Source of the DNA: an uncultured Spirochaetota bacterium
GTDB lineage: Bacteria; Spirochaetota; Spirochaetia; SZUA-6; Fen-1364
Direction of reading: 5' to 3'
DNA length: 64,000 nucleotides
Assembly (NCBI GenBank): GCA_963745235.1
Contig: CAVUXE010000084.1
Location: 1-64,000, forward strand
In this document: in pieces, positions 1 through 9,805 of the stretch
How the letters are laid out: every line of letters starts with the position of its first letter
Numbering within the stretch: position 1 is the stretch's first letter
The notes under the pieces: model-generated
Told to the model about the DNA's origin: nothing
What the model saw: only the letters and a program-made list of their open reading frames with translations
The model's database searches: none
Made by a program: the position numbers and the translations under genes

Positions 1-408
1 ACACTTGACGGATCGAGGAGCAGCGACCATCTCTTAGAAGCAGAGTAATCGGAGAACCTTCTCGTGGCCCACGCTGTTTTGTAGCTCACTTTCGCCCGGA
101 AAATCCACGCTCCAATCTCCCCATCCCTGCGCTCTTATTCATAGGAGCCTGTCGGGCTTCCGCGACAGCGTGAGGGAGGGATCCAGGGAATCTGTGTGAC
201 GTGATTGAATTGGCCGGCAGGCGTGCATCCATGGCGACAACGCCTGCTGCTGCCCGCGAAACTCTTCGACCGAATGAAGCTTTGCAAAAGAGACACCTAT
301 CTCCAGAACTGGCCAAAGATAACCCAAAAGTATCTTTTCAAATCCTGGGAAGATCGTCGCCATGGCAATTTCCAACGGCTCACGTACTTGCTCCGCACGT
401 TTCGCAGC

Positions 409-915
409 TCACTCAACAGCAACTCTTATCACATAGACTCTCGACTCGCTTCCCATCACCACGGAGAGGCTGCATGAGATGTCCTTTGAATAAATCGGTT
501 GAATATCACCTTGTATTTGCTGCGGTTTGGGTATGTTTTCCGCTGGGTAGACAATGAGAGCGATTTGCGAGCCGGGACCCAATCTCGTATCAGGCATGCT
601 ATGGGCAGCGTCCGAGTAATAGTGGCCAGAAAGGAAAACGTCATGCGATTTCCCATTATAGTCGATGGAAGAGTCCGCCCACTTGATCGTGAGGGGGTTT
701 GAAGAGCTGTTGACAATCTGGACATGCAACCCAACCACCTGACGACCGGTGGTGAGGCGAGTGACAATTTCGAGGCCTGTAACGCTGAACTTCACTACAT
801 CGTCGTTGTAAGGGTCGACAACCGCGAAGGTGTATTTCGATTCGGGGCCAAACCCAAATGTCTGGCACGAACCCAAGGCTAGAACCACGGACAGCAGGAA
901 TGAGAACCTCTTCAT
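409..915 (-). CDS. Hypothetical lipoprotein
   Basis: The ATG at 915 has GGAGGT upstream. The N-terminus MKRFSFLLSVVLALGSC is a signal peptide with a lipobox Cys. The mature part is beta-rich. Confidence 0.75.
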   Translation of the reverse strand: MKRFSFLLSVVLALGSCQTFGFGPESKYTFAVVDPYNDDVVKFSVTGLEIVTRLTTGRQVVGLHVQIVNSSSNPLTIKWADSSIDYNGKSHDVFLSGHYYSDAAHSMPDTRLGPGSQIALIVYPAENIPKPQQIQGDIQPIYSKDISCSLSVVMGSESRVYVIRVAVE

Positions 916-985
916 GACCAACCTCCAGGTTTGTGTTGGCATATTACTTGCTCAAAACGATAGATCGTTTTGTGCTGGATTCGAC

Positions 986-1019
986 AAAAAAGGCTGTCCA
1001 GCAACTACTGGACAGCCTT
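986..1019 (-). terminator. Rho-independent terminator of the beta-barrel gene
   Basis: A perfect 12-bp stem, AAGGCTGTCCAG-caacta-CTGGACAGCCTT, is followed by a T6 run on the minus strand, just past the stop at 1044. Confidence 0.85.
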
Positions 1020-1043
1020 GGAATCCCGAAGAAGACTTACTCC

Positions 1044-2297
1044 CTAGAAGTTGATGAAAGATCCGAAGTAGAGACCGTTGGCGATTCTGCCGTTCATGGC
1101 GTCATTCAATATGGTCACGTTACCGAGACTTGAGTTCCCAGTGCCAGAGGCGTTATTGTTCTGGTCTTTGCCGCCGACGACATATCCGACGATCAGCCTG
1201 AACGTACCAAATTGATATGATGCGCCAATATCCACCGCCTGCAGAGGTGCGTTGTCCGGAGTGGCTCCGTCAAGGTATGCGCCAATCCAAATATCAGCCG
1301 GGCTCTTGTTTGCATCCCCGCCCATGGGCAGGATATGCAGCGCCGCGGAGTAGTGCTGAAGCGCATAGAGGTTGGTTGACGTGAACCCGACATTCAACAT
1401 GGCTATGTTGTACTGGATCGAGAGATCAACACCAACCACCCAGTCGCTATAGAAGATACCATCGCGGAAGAATGCGCTCGGTTTCAGCGTCCAGCCGGAG
1501 ATCTGAGGAACGTCATACTTGGCTTCGAGTGCGAAGTTACCCTGGCCGGCATTCGCGTTGTATGGAGCGTCGCTGGGCAAAGTGGCCTGAGGAACCATGG
1601 GGTAAGTAGTGTAGGTGTTGCCGTAATAGCCATAGCTCACAAATATACCAAGCCCTGACATCTCGAAGTCCGCACCGACGAGCGTATTCTCGAAGGAGAA
1701 GTCATTCACCCAGTGGAAGGTGACCGGTCCAACGCCAACTGTCAGGTGGTAGCCCATGAAGTTGGAGTCACCGTTGATCATCGTCATTTCGGCGCCGAGG
1801 GTGTTGAAGTTGCTTCCAGGAAGCTTAGAAGGCCCGCCGTACTCCCACTCCCACCCGTTGTTCAGGTACCACCAGTTGGTGAGAACAGCGTCAATAAGAC
1901 CAATGCTCACACTGACATCTACCAGCCCTTTCATCCCCATAGCCCCGGTGAGGTCGCTGGTCCACATGAAATGCCACAGCGACGCTCCGTTAAAAAAGTT
2001 GCCAAAGCCATTTGTGCCGAGGTTTTGGTTATCACCTAGGGTCGCGGTGTTGTCTGTCATCCTGATGCCAACTTCGAAGGTGTTGTTCGGATCCATCTTT
2101 ACATCCATAGTTGGCCATACACGGTCTGACCCTGAGTTCCGGGTCATGTTGTTCAACGTGGGGTCGATATTGGCCAACCATACTCCAGGCCCCATGCTGA
2201 ACGTAACCGTCGGCGACGGGGCCATGTTGTCCGCGAACACCGGCAAACTGAAGGCCATCAGAGCCAGCACGACGAGGAAAATCCAAGCCTTTTTCAT
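1044..2297 (-). CDS. Outer-membrane beta-barrel / porin-like protein
   Basis: The 417-aa ORF has a signal peptide (MKKAWIFLVVLALMAFSLPVFA), alternating aromatic/hydrophobic strands and a C-terminal YFGSFINF. A GGAGGGAG RBS precedes it. Confidence 0.75.
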   Translation of the reverse strand: MKKAWIFLVVLALMAFSLPVFADNMAPSPTVTFSMGPGVWLANIDPTLNNMTRNSGSDRVWPTMDVKMDPNNTFEVGIRMTDNTATLGDNQNLGTNGFGNFFNGASLWHFMWTSDLTGAMGMKGLVDVSVSIGLIDAVLTNWWYLNNGWEWEYGGPSKLPGSNFNTLGAEMTMINGDSNFMGYHLTVGVGPVTFHWVNDFSFENTLVGADFEMSGLGIFVSYGYYGNTYTTYPMVPQATLPSDAPYNANAGQGNFALEAKYDVPQISGWTLKPSAFFRDGIFYSDWVVGVDLSIQYNIAMLNVGFTSTNLYALQHYSAALHILPMGGDANKSPADIWIGAYLDGATPDNAPLQAVDIGASYQFGTFRLIVGYVVGGKDQNNNASGTGNSSLGNVTILNDAMNGRIANGLYFGSFINF

Positions 2298-2369
2298 GAA
2301 TGCTCCCTCCTCATTGGTCTGGGAACCGGGTCGACGACCCGACTTGTTCCCTTAATCTTATCTGCCCCG

Positions 2370-2398
2370 ATTCTATCAGAGCCTATAAGCCGTGTCAA
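2370..2398 (-). promoter_or_regulatory. Sigma70 promoter for the beta-barrel gene
   Basis: The minus strand reads TTGACA-N17-TAGAAT with a TG extension. Confidence 0.75.
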
Positions 2399-2497
2399 TA
2401 AAATTTTCGAGTTCCTCTGTTTTGCAGTCCACATACAGCTCGACACACACCCAACATCGCGGCGTCACCGTGCGGCGCCTCGACGTGTTGCCATCTG

Positions 2498-2517
2498 TTG
2501 AAACAGGCCTGTTTCAA
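2498..2517. promoter_or_regulatory. Perfect 20-bp palindrome, candidate operator
   Basis: TTGAAACAGGCCTGTTTCAA equals its own reverse complement and lies in a divergent intergenic region. Confidence 0.55.
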
Positions 2518-2610
2518 AATGCAAGGGTTTCTTCACAGATCGGCCAGAACTTACCTTTGGTTGAGCGATGAACTTTTCCGGCCGACGCGAATCGACCCAA
2601 ACCTCAAGAA

Positions 2611-2639
2611 ATGCTATAGTAGTTCCTCTTTCCCGTCAA
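2611..2639 (-). promoter_or_regulatory. Possible second sigma70 promoter
   Basis: The minus strand reads TTGACG-N17-TAGCAT. Confidence 0.4.
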
Positions 2640-2661
2640 GTGTAAATTTCCTGGAGGAAAG

Positions 2662-4077
2662 ATGTTCAGGCTGAATACCCTGACACGCATCTTGAAAACG
2701 GAATCCGTTTCGAATATGGGCAGAAACCTGCGGCAATCCGCCCTGAATGTCTGCGGCCTTTTCTCGCAGAAGTTCGCCTCAGGTGCTGATCCCGAGGTTG
2801 CCCTCGGGTTCGTGCCTGCGAGAATTGAGGTTGCCGGGAAGCACACCGACTACGCCGGGGGGCATACCCTGGTCTGCGCAATAGACAAAGGCTTCTTGTT
2901 TGTCGCCGGTGCCAACCAGCAGGGAAAGATCCGGATGGTCGAAGACTCTCCGGAGTTCGAGCCGCTTGAGTTCCCTTTCACGGAAAGAGTCGAGCCGCCT
3001 GCGAGCTGTTGGGCGAACTACCCAATGACCATGGCGCAGAGAGTGGCGCGTAACTTCGGGACGGAAGCGGCGCTGTCGGGCGTCGACATCGCTTTTGCGA
3101 GCGACATTCCTGTTGGAAGCGGCATGAGCGGCTCTTCCGCGCTCATGATGATGTGTTTCTGCGCCATCGCCATGACAAACGATCTGGGTGCACGCAAGAC
3201 ATTTCAGGACAATTTCCACAATGGTATTGATGGTATTGATCTGGCCATGTATCTCGCCTGCGCGGAGAACGGGCAAAGCTTCCGCGGCTTACAGGGGGGA
3301 AAAGGGGTGGGCACCTTTGGCGGGTCGGAAGACCATACCGCCATCCTCAACTGCCGCGCCGGAGCTCTCTCCCTGTTCCAGTATGCACCCACGGTGCTCA
3401 AGGCCGAGACGGCATGGCCCTCCGAGTGGACGCTCGTGCTTGCCTTTTCTGGTGTCCGCGCTGAAAAGACAAAGGAGGCAATGGAGAAGTATAACCTTGC
3501 CTCGCGGCGGGCCGCCCTGGCCGTGGACGCTTTCAATCATCTCTATGGAAAGAAATTGCGGAATCTCGGAGAAGTCGAGGCGGAGACCAGGAAAGACGGC
3601 GCCGGTTCCTGGCTCGAGAAGCTGGGGGGTGCCACACAGGGAGACAAAGGGCTCGATCTGCCAGGCAGGATCAGGCAGTTCCTCCTGGAGGAGAGGGACA
3701 CAACGCCGCAGGCCATCCACGGTCTCCTGTGGAGGGACCTCTCGCTGTTCGGAGGTGCCGTAAGCGCGTCGCACGAAGCCTCTGGACGGCTGCTGTGGAA
3801 CATCGTTCCCGAGGTCGACTTTCTTCAGAAAAGCGCGCTTGCGCTGGGCGCCGCCGGGGCAAGCGGGTTTGGCGCGGGTTTCGGGGGCAGCGTCTTCGCC
3901 GTGATCGGGGCAGGTGAGGCAGCGCGGTTCACCGCGGCCTGGCGGCGGGAGTACGATAGCCGCTATCCCGAACGCCGTCGAGAGGCCGCGTTCTTTGTCA
4001 CATCGCCAGGATCGGGAATCCGGATCTGGGATGAACGTGGCCCCTCGCGATTCGTGGACACCATCTTTCAGGGCTGA
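2662..4077 (+). CDS. Galactokinase-family (GHMP) sugar kinase
   Basis: Motifs seen are PARIEVAGKHTDYAGG (GalK N-terminal motif variant), the ATP loop IPVGSGMSGSSA and C-terminal GAGFGGS. A GGAGGA RBS precedes it. Confidence 0.85.
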   Translation: MFRLNTLTRILKTESVSNMGRNLRQSALNVCGLFSQKFASGADPEVALGFVPARIEVAGKHTDYAGGHTLVCAIDKGFLFVAGANQQGKIRMVEDSPEFEPLEFPFTERVEPPASCWANYPMTMAQRVARNFGTEAALSGVDIAFASDIPVGSGMSGSSALMMMCFCAIAMTNDLGARKTFQDNFHNGIDGIDLAMYLACAENGQSFRGLQGGKGVGTFGGSEDHTAILNCRAGALSLFQYAPTVLKAETAWPSEWTLVLAFSGVRAEKTKEAMEKYNLASRRAALAVDAFNHLYGKKLRNLGEVEAETRKDGAGSWLEKLGGATQGDKGLDLPGRIRQFLLEERDTTPQAIHGLLWRDLSLFGGAVSASHEASGRLLWNIVPEVDFLQKSALALGAAGASGFGAGFGGSVFAVIGAGEAARFTAAWRREYDSRYPERRREAAFFVTSPGSGIRIWDERGPSRFVDTIFQG

Positions 4078-4080
4078 GAC

Positions 4081-4968
4081 TTACACTCTCTCTCCGTTCA
4101 TGGCGGCGATGACCCTGTAGAGTCCCTGCGTGCCGAGGTTCTCCATGCCAAGAGCCTGCGCGGAAATGTAGAGCTGGTTCACGAGGGCGAGACCGGGCAG
4201 GGCCAGCTTCATGCGCCGAGCCTCTTCAAGGGCAATCCCCATGTCTTTCACGAAGTGCTTGATGTAGAAGCCAGGGTTGAAATCCCCCCGCGCAATGCGC
4301 CTCCCCAGGTTGTTGAGGGACCAGGAGGCCGCGGCCCCCTTGCCCACGATGTCGATCATGGCATCCAGGCCCAGGCCTGCCTTCTGCGCATACAGCAGCG
4401 CTTCCACCATGCCGATCATGTTCCCCGTGATCACGATCTGGTTGGCCATCTTTGTGTGCTGTCCCGCGCCCGGCCCGCCCATGAGCGCTATGGTTTCTCC
4501 CATCTTCTGGAAAAGGGGCAGGATTGCCTCGAATGCCTGCTTCTCCCCTCCGGCCATGATTGCCAGCTTCGCCTCCCTGGCGCCGACGTCACCGCCTGAC
4601 ACGGGTGCGTCGATTGAGGCAATGCCCTTCTTCGCGGCTTCCGCGTGAATGCGGACCGCAAGCGAGGGCTCAGATGTGGTCATGTCGCAGAGGATGGCGC
4701 CGGACTTCGCGCCCGCGAGGATGCCATCCGGCGCGAAGTACACCTGCTCCACGTCGATGGGAAAGCCGACCATCGTGAAAACGATGTCGCTTCGTGCCGC
4801 CACTTCCCGAGGGCATCCCTGCCACGCAGCACCCGCGGCAAGCAGGTCCGCTGCCTTGTCCCGGGAGCGGGTGAAAACCGCCACCGGGTGACCCGCACGC
4901 AGAAGGTGACCGCACATTGACCTGCCCATGACCCCCGTGCCGATCCAGCCCACTTTCGCATTCGCCAT
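4081..4968 (-). CDS. NAD(P)-dependent beta-hydroxyacid dehydrogenase (3-hydroxyisobutyrate / 2-hydroxy-3-oxopropionate reductase family)
   Basis: It has a GWIGTGVMG Rossmann motif, DAPVSGG, catalytic KMANQ and FxxxxxxKD. Confidence 0.9.
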   Translation of the reverse strand: MANAKVGWIGTGVMGRSMCGHLLRAGHPVAVFTRSRDKAADLLAAGAAWQGCPREVAARSDIVFTMVGFPIDVEQVYFAPDGILAGAKSGAILCDMTTSEPSLAVRIHAEAAKKGIASIDAPVSGGDVGAREAKLAIMAGGEKQAFEAILPLFQKMGETIALMGGPGAGQHTKMANQIVITGNMIGMVEALLYAQKAGLGLDAMIDIVGKGAAASWSLNNLGRRIARGDFNPGFYIKHFVKDMGIALEEARRMKLALPGLALVNQLYISAQALGMENLGTQGLYRVIAAMNGERV

Positions 4969-4988
4969 CGCTTTGTGCCCTCGCTTCT

Positions 4989-5718
4989 TCAGATTTTTTC
5001 CAGGGGGGCTTCGGAATCACCCAGCTTCATCTCGGGGCTGTTCCCCGGAGCCGCCCACCTGACGGCGTTCCTGATGACGGTCTGAACTTCTTTCTGGTGA
5101 TAGGTGGGAAAGGTCTCATGACCGGGACGGAAGTAGAAGATGCGGCCCTTTCCCCTGAGGAAACAGCAGCCTGATCGGAAAACGTTCCCCCCCGCAAACC
5201 AGCTGATGAGCACCGTGGCGTCAGGCACCGGGATGTCGAATCTCTCACCATACATCTCTTCATGCGGAATCTCGAAGTACGGGCCGAGCCCATCCACAAT
5301 CGGGCTGCCCGGGCTCCACCACCCAAAGCCGCTCCTTCTCTCCCGCTTCTCTCCACCTCAGGAGGCAGGAGGTTCCCAGGAGCCGCACAAAAGGCTTGGA
5401 CATGTGGGCGGAGTGGAGAACGATGAGGCCCATGCCCTGGAGGACCCGGTCTTGCACCTTGGCCGCAATCTCATCTCTCACGTCGGCGTGGGCAAGGTGA
5501 CCCCACCATACCAGGACGTCGGTGGCGGACAGGACGGCATCGCTCAAGCCGTGCTCCGGCTCATCCAGTGTGGCGGTTCTCAGCTGGAGGTCCGGATTCC
5601 CCGAGAGAAACCCTGCTATCGCGCCATGAATCCCCTTCGGGTAGATCTTCGAAACGTGCGGGTCGCTCCGCTCGTGTTTGTATTCGTTCCACACCGTGAC
5701 GCGGATTTTTGCTGCCAT
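4989..5718 (-). CDS. thuA: ThuA-family trehalose utilisation protein (one frameshift near 5305)
   Basis: VTVWNE, VWWGH and LHSAH lie in one frame, and EEMYGE, SWFAGG and FRPGHET in the next. Removing one base near 5305 joins them. Confidence 0.85.
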
Positions 5719-5725
5719 AAGGACT

Positions 5726-6374
5726 TCATAGCGAAAAATCCATCCCGAGTCCAGCGACGAAGTCGGGCCCCATCATGCCGGCGTCGAGCAGGAAAGAAAC
5801 AAAGTAAAAACCAAAGGAAAGTCCGGCGGACCAGTCGAGGCTCCATGCGTTCTGCGGAAAAATGGAAGACCCCTGCGTGACCGGCCCGGCAACAATCCCG
5901 TCATCGTCGTAATAGCTCACGTTCACGTACCCGTAGGGCCCGTAGCCGATGGCTCCGTCCAGCGTGACGATGGGCCCCAGGTGAAGGTGCGCCGTCCCCA
6001 TTGCGGCGAGCGCCCACCACTCGGCGCCGATGTGGACCTGGTCGTACGGGTAGTAGTTTCCAACGGTGTCGGTAGACGCCAGGGGCGCCGAGGTTCCAAT
6101 CGGAGAAGGCGAAGGCTCCTTTGACCGCGATTCCGACATCCAGGGGCCATCTTCTCACCGCAATGTATTCGAGCCGCCCTGACAGGACGAAGTCACTGGA
6201 GGAGTTGCCCTGGTAGGGCACGTTGAAGAACCCCGGTGAAGAAAGACCGAAGGCATTCGAGGTGGTGCCATATTCCAGCATCACCGCCCCGCGGAGACGG
6301 TCGCAACTCCCGGGCGGGGCCCCCAGGAGCAGAACCGCCAAAGCGGCAACCGCAGCGAATGAAAATCTCTTCAT
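5726..6374 (-). CDS. Secreted / small beta-barrel hypothetical protein (frameshift near 6082)
   Basis: A signal peptide [18 protein letters not shown] is followed by beta-strand patterns that continue in a second frame ending AGLGMDFSL. Confidence 0.6.
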
Positions 6375-6384
6375 GACATGCCTC

Positions 6385-7665
6385 TCAGTACTTGAACGTC
6401 AAACCTCCGCCCAGGAAGGCGCCTCCATAAGAATACCCGGAGAACCCTGTCCAGGTTAGCCAGCCGGTCTCGATCTCACCCCTGACGTCTCGGGCGAAAA
6501 GATAGGAAGCCGCCATGCTGATGCTTCCCCCGACGTGCGAGACGATATCCGGCGACGACCCCGCCAGTCCCGTGAATGCGCCAAGCCCGACCGCCGCCCG
6601 CGGCACAAGCTGCAGCCTCCCCATCAGGATATCGTACTCGCCTCCCGCGTAGAGGTTGATGGGAACTCCAGGAGCGCCAGCGGCCATGAGATTGAACGGG
6701 ACTTCGATGCCCACGAATGGTCGAAGAAGGTAAAATCCGCGCGAGAAGCCCTGCCGGAGCCCGATCAGCGGAGTCGATCCCCCGGGCGCCGGACCCGGCT
6801 GGATCAGGATGGAGTGAATGTACACGGTTGAGTCCGTGCCGAATCTCGCCAGGTCCAGGAGCCGATCCCCGACTCTGATGGGGCTGTCACTGTAGACAAT
6901 CGTGGCAACAGAACTGACCGCATCTACCTGCCGGACCATGAGAAGCCCTTTCTCTTCCGTGCCGTCCGGCGGCAGTACGATGAACTCATCCCCGCGCCTG
7001 ATTCCAGCGTCCTTGCCGAGCTCCAGGACAACCTCCTTGTCGCGCACCTCAATGATCCCCCAGTTGGGTCGAAGGTAGGGGACCTGGTTCAACACCGAGA
7101 CAAGTCGGGGCGGTATTGCTTCCACCGCTTCCTTGAGCGCCGCCGCCCTGTCATTGTCCATGCCGTGCGTAACGATTGAAATCCGAAGCAAGGGATGAGG
7201 CCGGGTCAGCGCAAGGAACGCAAAGGAGGTGATGACGTCACAGGCATACTGGCCCGTCGCCTCACGCGTGACTTTCACGTCGGCCACGGAAGGAGCAACG
7301 ATGAGGGAGGAGACTCTGATCCTCGATACATCCGCCGCTTCGAAGAGTTGTCCGCCGACCCGCAAGGGCGCTGATTCGTAGGCGGACCCATTCGTCTCGC
7401 GCCGCAGTGCATCGATGAACTCCGCCAGGTCCGCACCGCTCAGGTGGTATGCCATGGTGGCAACCTGGAACTGCCCGATGGTGGCCAGGACGTCCCGGAT
7501 CGCACCGTCAGTGTCGGCGAAGACAGCAGAGTCGCTTCCGGCTCGGGTGGCATCCAGGCTGAAGAGAACGACTTCCCCTCGAGTAGTCTGCGTCTGAGCG
7601 CCGGCAAGACCCACCGTCAGAGTAAGAAAGAGGATAGAAAAAAGGACAATTTCCGGCCTGTTCAC
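6385..7665 (-). CDS. Secreted protein with FlgT-C-like domain and C-terminal beta-barrel-like region
   Basis: It has a hydrophobic leader. The segment EVVLELGKDAGIRRGDEF resembles the FlgT C-terminal domain, and the protein ends GGGLTFKY. The GTG start is uncertain. Confidence 0.65.
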   Translation of the reverse strand: MNRPEIVLFSILFLTLTVGLAGAQTQTTRGEVVLFSLDATRAGSDSAVFADTDGAIRDVLATIGQFQVATMAYHLSGADLAEFIDALRRETNGSAYESAPLRVGGQLFEAADVSRIRVSSLIVAPSVADVKVTREATGQYACDVITSFAFLALTRPHPLLRISIVTHGMDNDRAAALKEAVEAIPPRLVSVLNQVPYLRPNWGIIEVRDKEVVLELGKDAGIRRGDEFIVLPPDGTEEKGLLMVRQVDAVSSVATIVYSDSPIRVGDRLLDLARFGTDSTVYIHSILIQPGPAPGGSTPLIGLRQGFSRGFYLLRPFVGIEVPFNLMAAGAPGVPINLYAGGEYDILMGRLQLVPRAAVGLGAFTGLAGSSPDIVSHVGGSISMAASYLFARDVRGEIETGWLTWTGFSGYSYGGAFLGGGLTFKY

Positions 7666-7716
7666 GTCTTCGCTGAATTGACCAAGTTCAAATATACACA
7701 AAACGGATGGCAGCAG

Positions 7717-7745
7717 TTGACGATGCGCAATCGATTTGCTATTCT
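7717..7745 (+). promoter_or_regulatory. Sigma70 promoter of the rib operon
   Basis: TTGACG-N17-TATTCT with a TG extension lies just upstream of the riboswitch. Confidence 0.75.
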
Positions 7746-7752
7746 GAAATCG

Positions 7753-7880
<128 letters not shown>

Positions 7881-7941
7881 CCGACCTTCAGATCTTGACC
7901 TGCATTTCCACAGCAATGCTGCCCGCCCCGCGAGGAGTGCC

Positions 7942-9128
7942 ATGGGTACTGACGTCCCATTCATGGAGCGGGCGATCTCTCTGGCGCGAAGCTCTCAGCC
8001 CCTGGCCGGGATCAATCCACCTGTGGGTGCGGTCCTGGTGAGAGACGGTGTGGTCGTCGGACAGGGCTTTCACAGGGGGCCCGGAACACTCCATGCCGAG
8101 GCCGCCGCGCTGCTCGACGCCAGAGCATCCATTCAGAAAACAGGGGAATCCCTGGCCGGTGCAACCCTGTATTGTTCCCTCGAGCCGTGCTGCCATCACG
8201 GCGGCGGAAAGAGAACTCCCCCCTGCACGGAGGCGATCATTGCCGCGGGAGTATCACGGGTGGTGTTCGCCTCATGGGACCCGAACCCCCGGGTTTCAGG
8301 AAAAGGCGCCGCCCGGCTGCGCGAGGCGGGCGTCTTTGTCGAACAGGGACTCCTTGCGGACGAGGCAGACGAGCTCCTAGAAGCTTTCAGCGCGTCCATC
8401 CGCCTGGGGCGCCCATTCATCCGAATCAAGTGGGCCCAGAGCCTGGATGGGCGCCTTGCATGCAAAGGCGGCGTTTCGCGATGGATCACCAACAGCCAGG
8501 CCCGCGTGCAGGCGCACGTGCTGCGATCCTACCACGACGCGGTGATGGTTGGGGCCGGCACTCTCCGCGCAGACGATCCAGAGTTGACTGTCCGGGATGC
8601 TCCGGTCAGGCCGGAGCTCGGATCTCGCCAGCCGATTCGGATCATCGTTGCCGGCCGCGAACCCCTGCCTTTGGGCGCCCGGGTTTTCTCTCCAGCGCTC
8701 GTGGACCAGACGATGGTACTGGCGGCCCGATCGAGCCCGGTGATAGCCCAGTGCCGCCTGGCGGGAGTCCGCGTACGTGATATCGCTTCAACCCCCGACG
8801 GGCTCCCGGATCTCCTGGACGGCCTACGCGCACTCTACGCGGACGGTATCGGCTCTATCCTCGTGGAGGGCGGCTCCCGCCTGATCACCGCCTTCCTGGC
8901 TCGCGGACTGTGGGACGCGGTTGCCGTGTTCACCGCACCGCTCATTCTGGGCCAGGGCATCGAAGCGGTAGGTAACCTTGGAATCGAGTCGCCGGGTCCG
9001 GCATCAAGCTCATGAATGCCAGGTTCCAGGCAGGCGACGGTTTCATCCGTCTGGATGCGCAGAACCCGGCGGCCTGCGCGGGCAGCCCGGCCGTTGGCGC
9101 CCAGGAGGAATCATGTTTACGGGATTGA
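7942..9128 (+). CDS. ribD: Bifunctional riboflavin deaminase/reductase (frameshift near 8997)
   Basis: Motifs are NPPVGAV, HAE, LEPCCH, AQSLDG and LVEGG. The ATG at 7942 has GAGGAG upstream. The main frame stops at 9015, but an alternative frame continues to EESCLRD* overlapping ribE. Confidence 0.92.
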
Positions 9129-9805
9129 TCGAGGCCGTGGGAAGCGTGCAGTCCACCAGCGCTGGTGAAAAGAGCATGCGGATTGCAATCAGCTTTCCCT
9201 CTGCGGCTTGGGAGCTTGGAATGGGGGAGTCGGTCAACGTGGACGGCGTTTGCCAGACCGTGGTTGCCGCCGGAGCGTCGACCTTCACGGTCGAGGCGGT
9301 AGGAGACACGCTCCAGAAGACGACATTCAGAACGCTGCGGCGAGGCGCAAAAGTGAACCTGGAACGGGCGCTCCGCGCCGACGGCCGGCTTGGCGGTCAC
9401 ATGGTCATGGGCCACGTGGCGGGGACGGCGCGCATCCTTTCCTGGGGCCCCGCTGGAGGCGCTGTCGGTTCCCATTCCGAAGCATGGTTTCTTTCACTCG
9501 AGCTGGAACCATCCTGGGCGGACAGAGTCGTGCCCGAAGGATCGATGGCCGTGGACGGGATCAGCCTGACCGTAGCTGAGGTTGCGCGCGGGCCGGTGCT
9601 GCCCGGCGGCTCCGGCCTGCGCGCCCGCTTGTCCATCATTCCGCACACGCGAAAGGCAACCACTCTTGCCCTGAAGAAAGTGGGAGACCTTGTGAATATC
9701 GAGCTTGACATCCTGGCCTCCTACGTGCGCGCCGCCATGAAAGCGGCCTTCACGCAGGGTCCTGGCGTCACCCGGGAGCAGTTGTCGAGCTGGGGGTATA
9801 CATGA
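9113..9805 (+). CDS. ribE: Riboflavin synthase alpha chain
   Basis: It starts MFTGLIE and contains VNLERAL, GGHMVMGH, SMAVDGISLT and VNIELD. Confidence 0.95.
   Translation: MFTGLIEAVGSVQSTSAGEKSMRIAISFPSAAWELGMGESVNVDGVCQTVVAAGASTFTVEAVGDTLQKTTFRTLRRGAKVNLERALRADGRLGGHMVMGHVAGTARILSWGPAGGAVGSHSEAWFLSLELEPSWADRVVPEGSMAVDGISLTVAEVARGPVLPGGSGLRARLSIIPHTRKATTLALKKVGDLVNIELDILASYVRAAMKAAFTQGPGVTREQLSSWGYT

Noticed and set aside
1-400. Short overlapping ORFs on both strands at the window start
   Set aside because: I found no recognisable motif or convincing RBS, so I could not choose a frame.
4081-4968. Two beta-hydroxyacid dehydrogenases (also 54407-55264) as a recent duplication
   Set aside because: The sequences are clearly divergent subfamilies (DAPVSGG/KMANQ versus DAPVVGS/KLVNN), and such paralogues are common.
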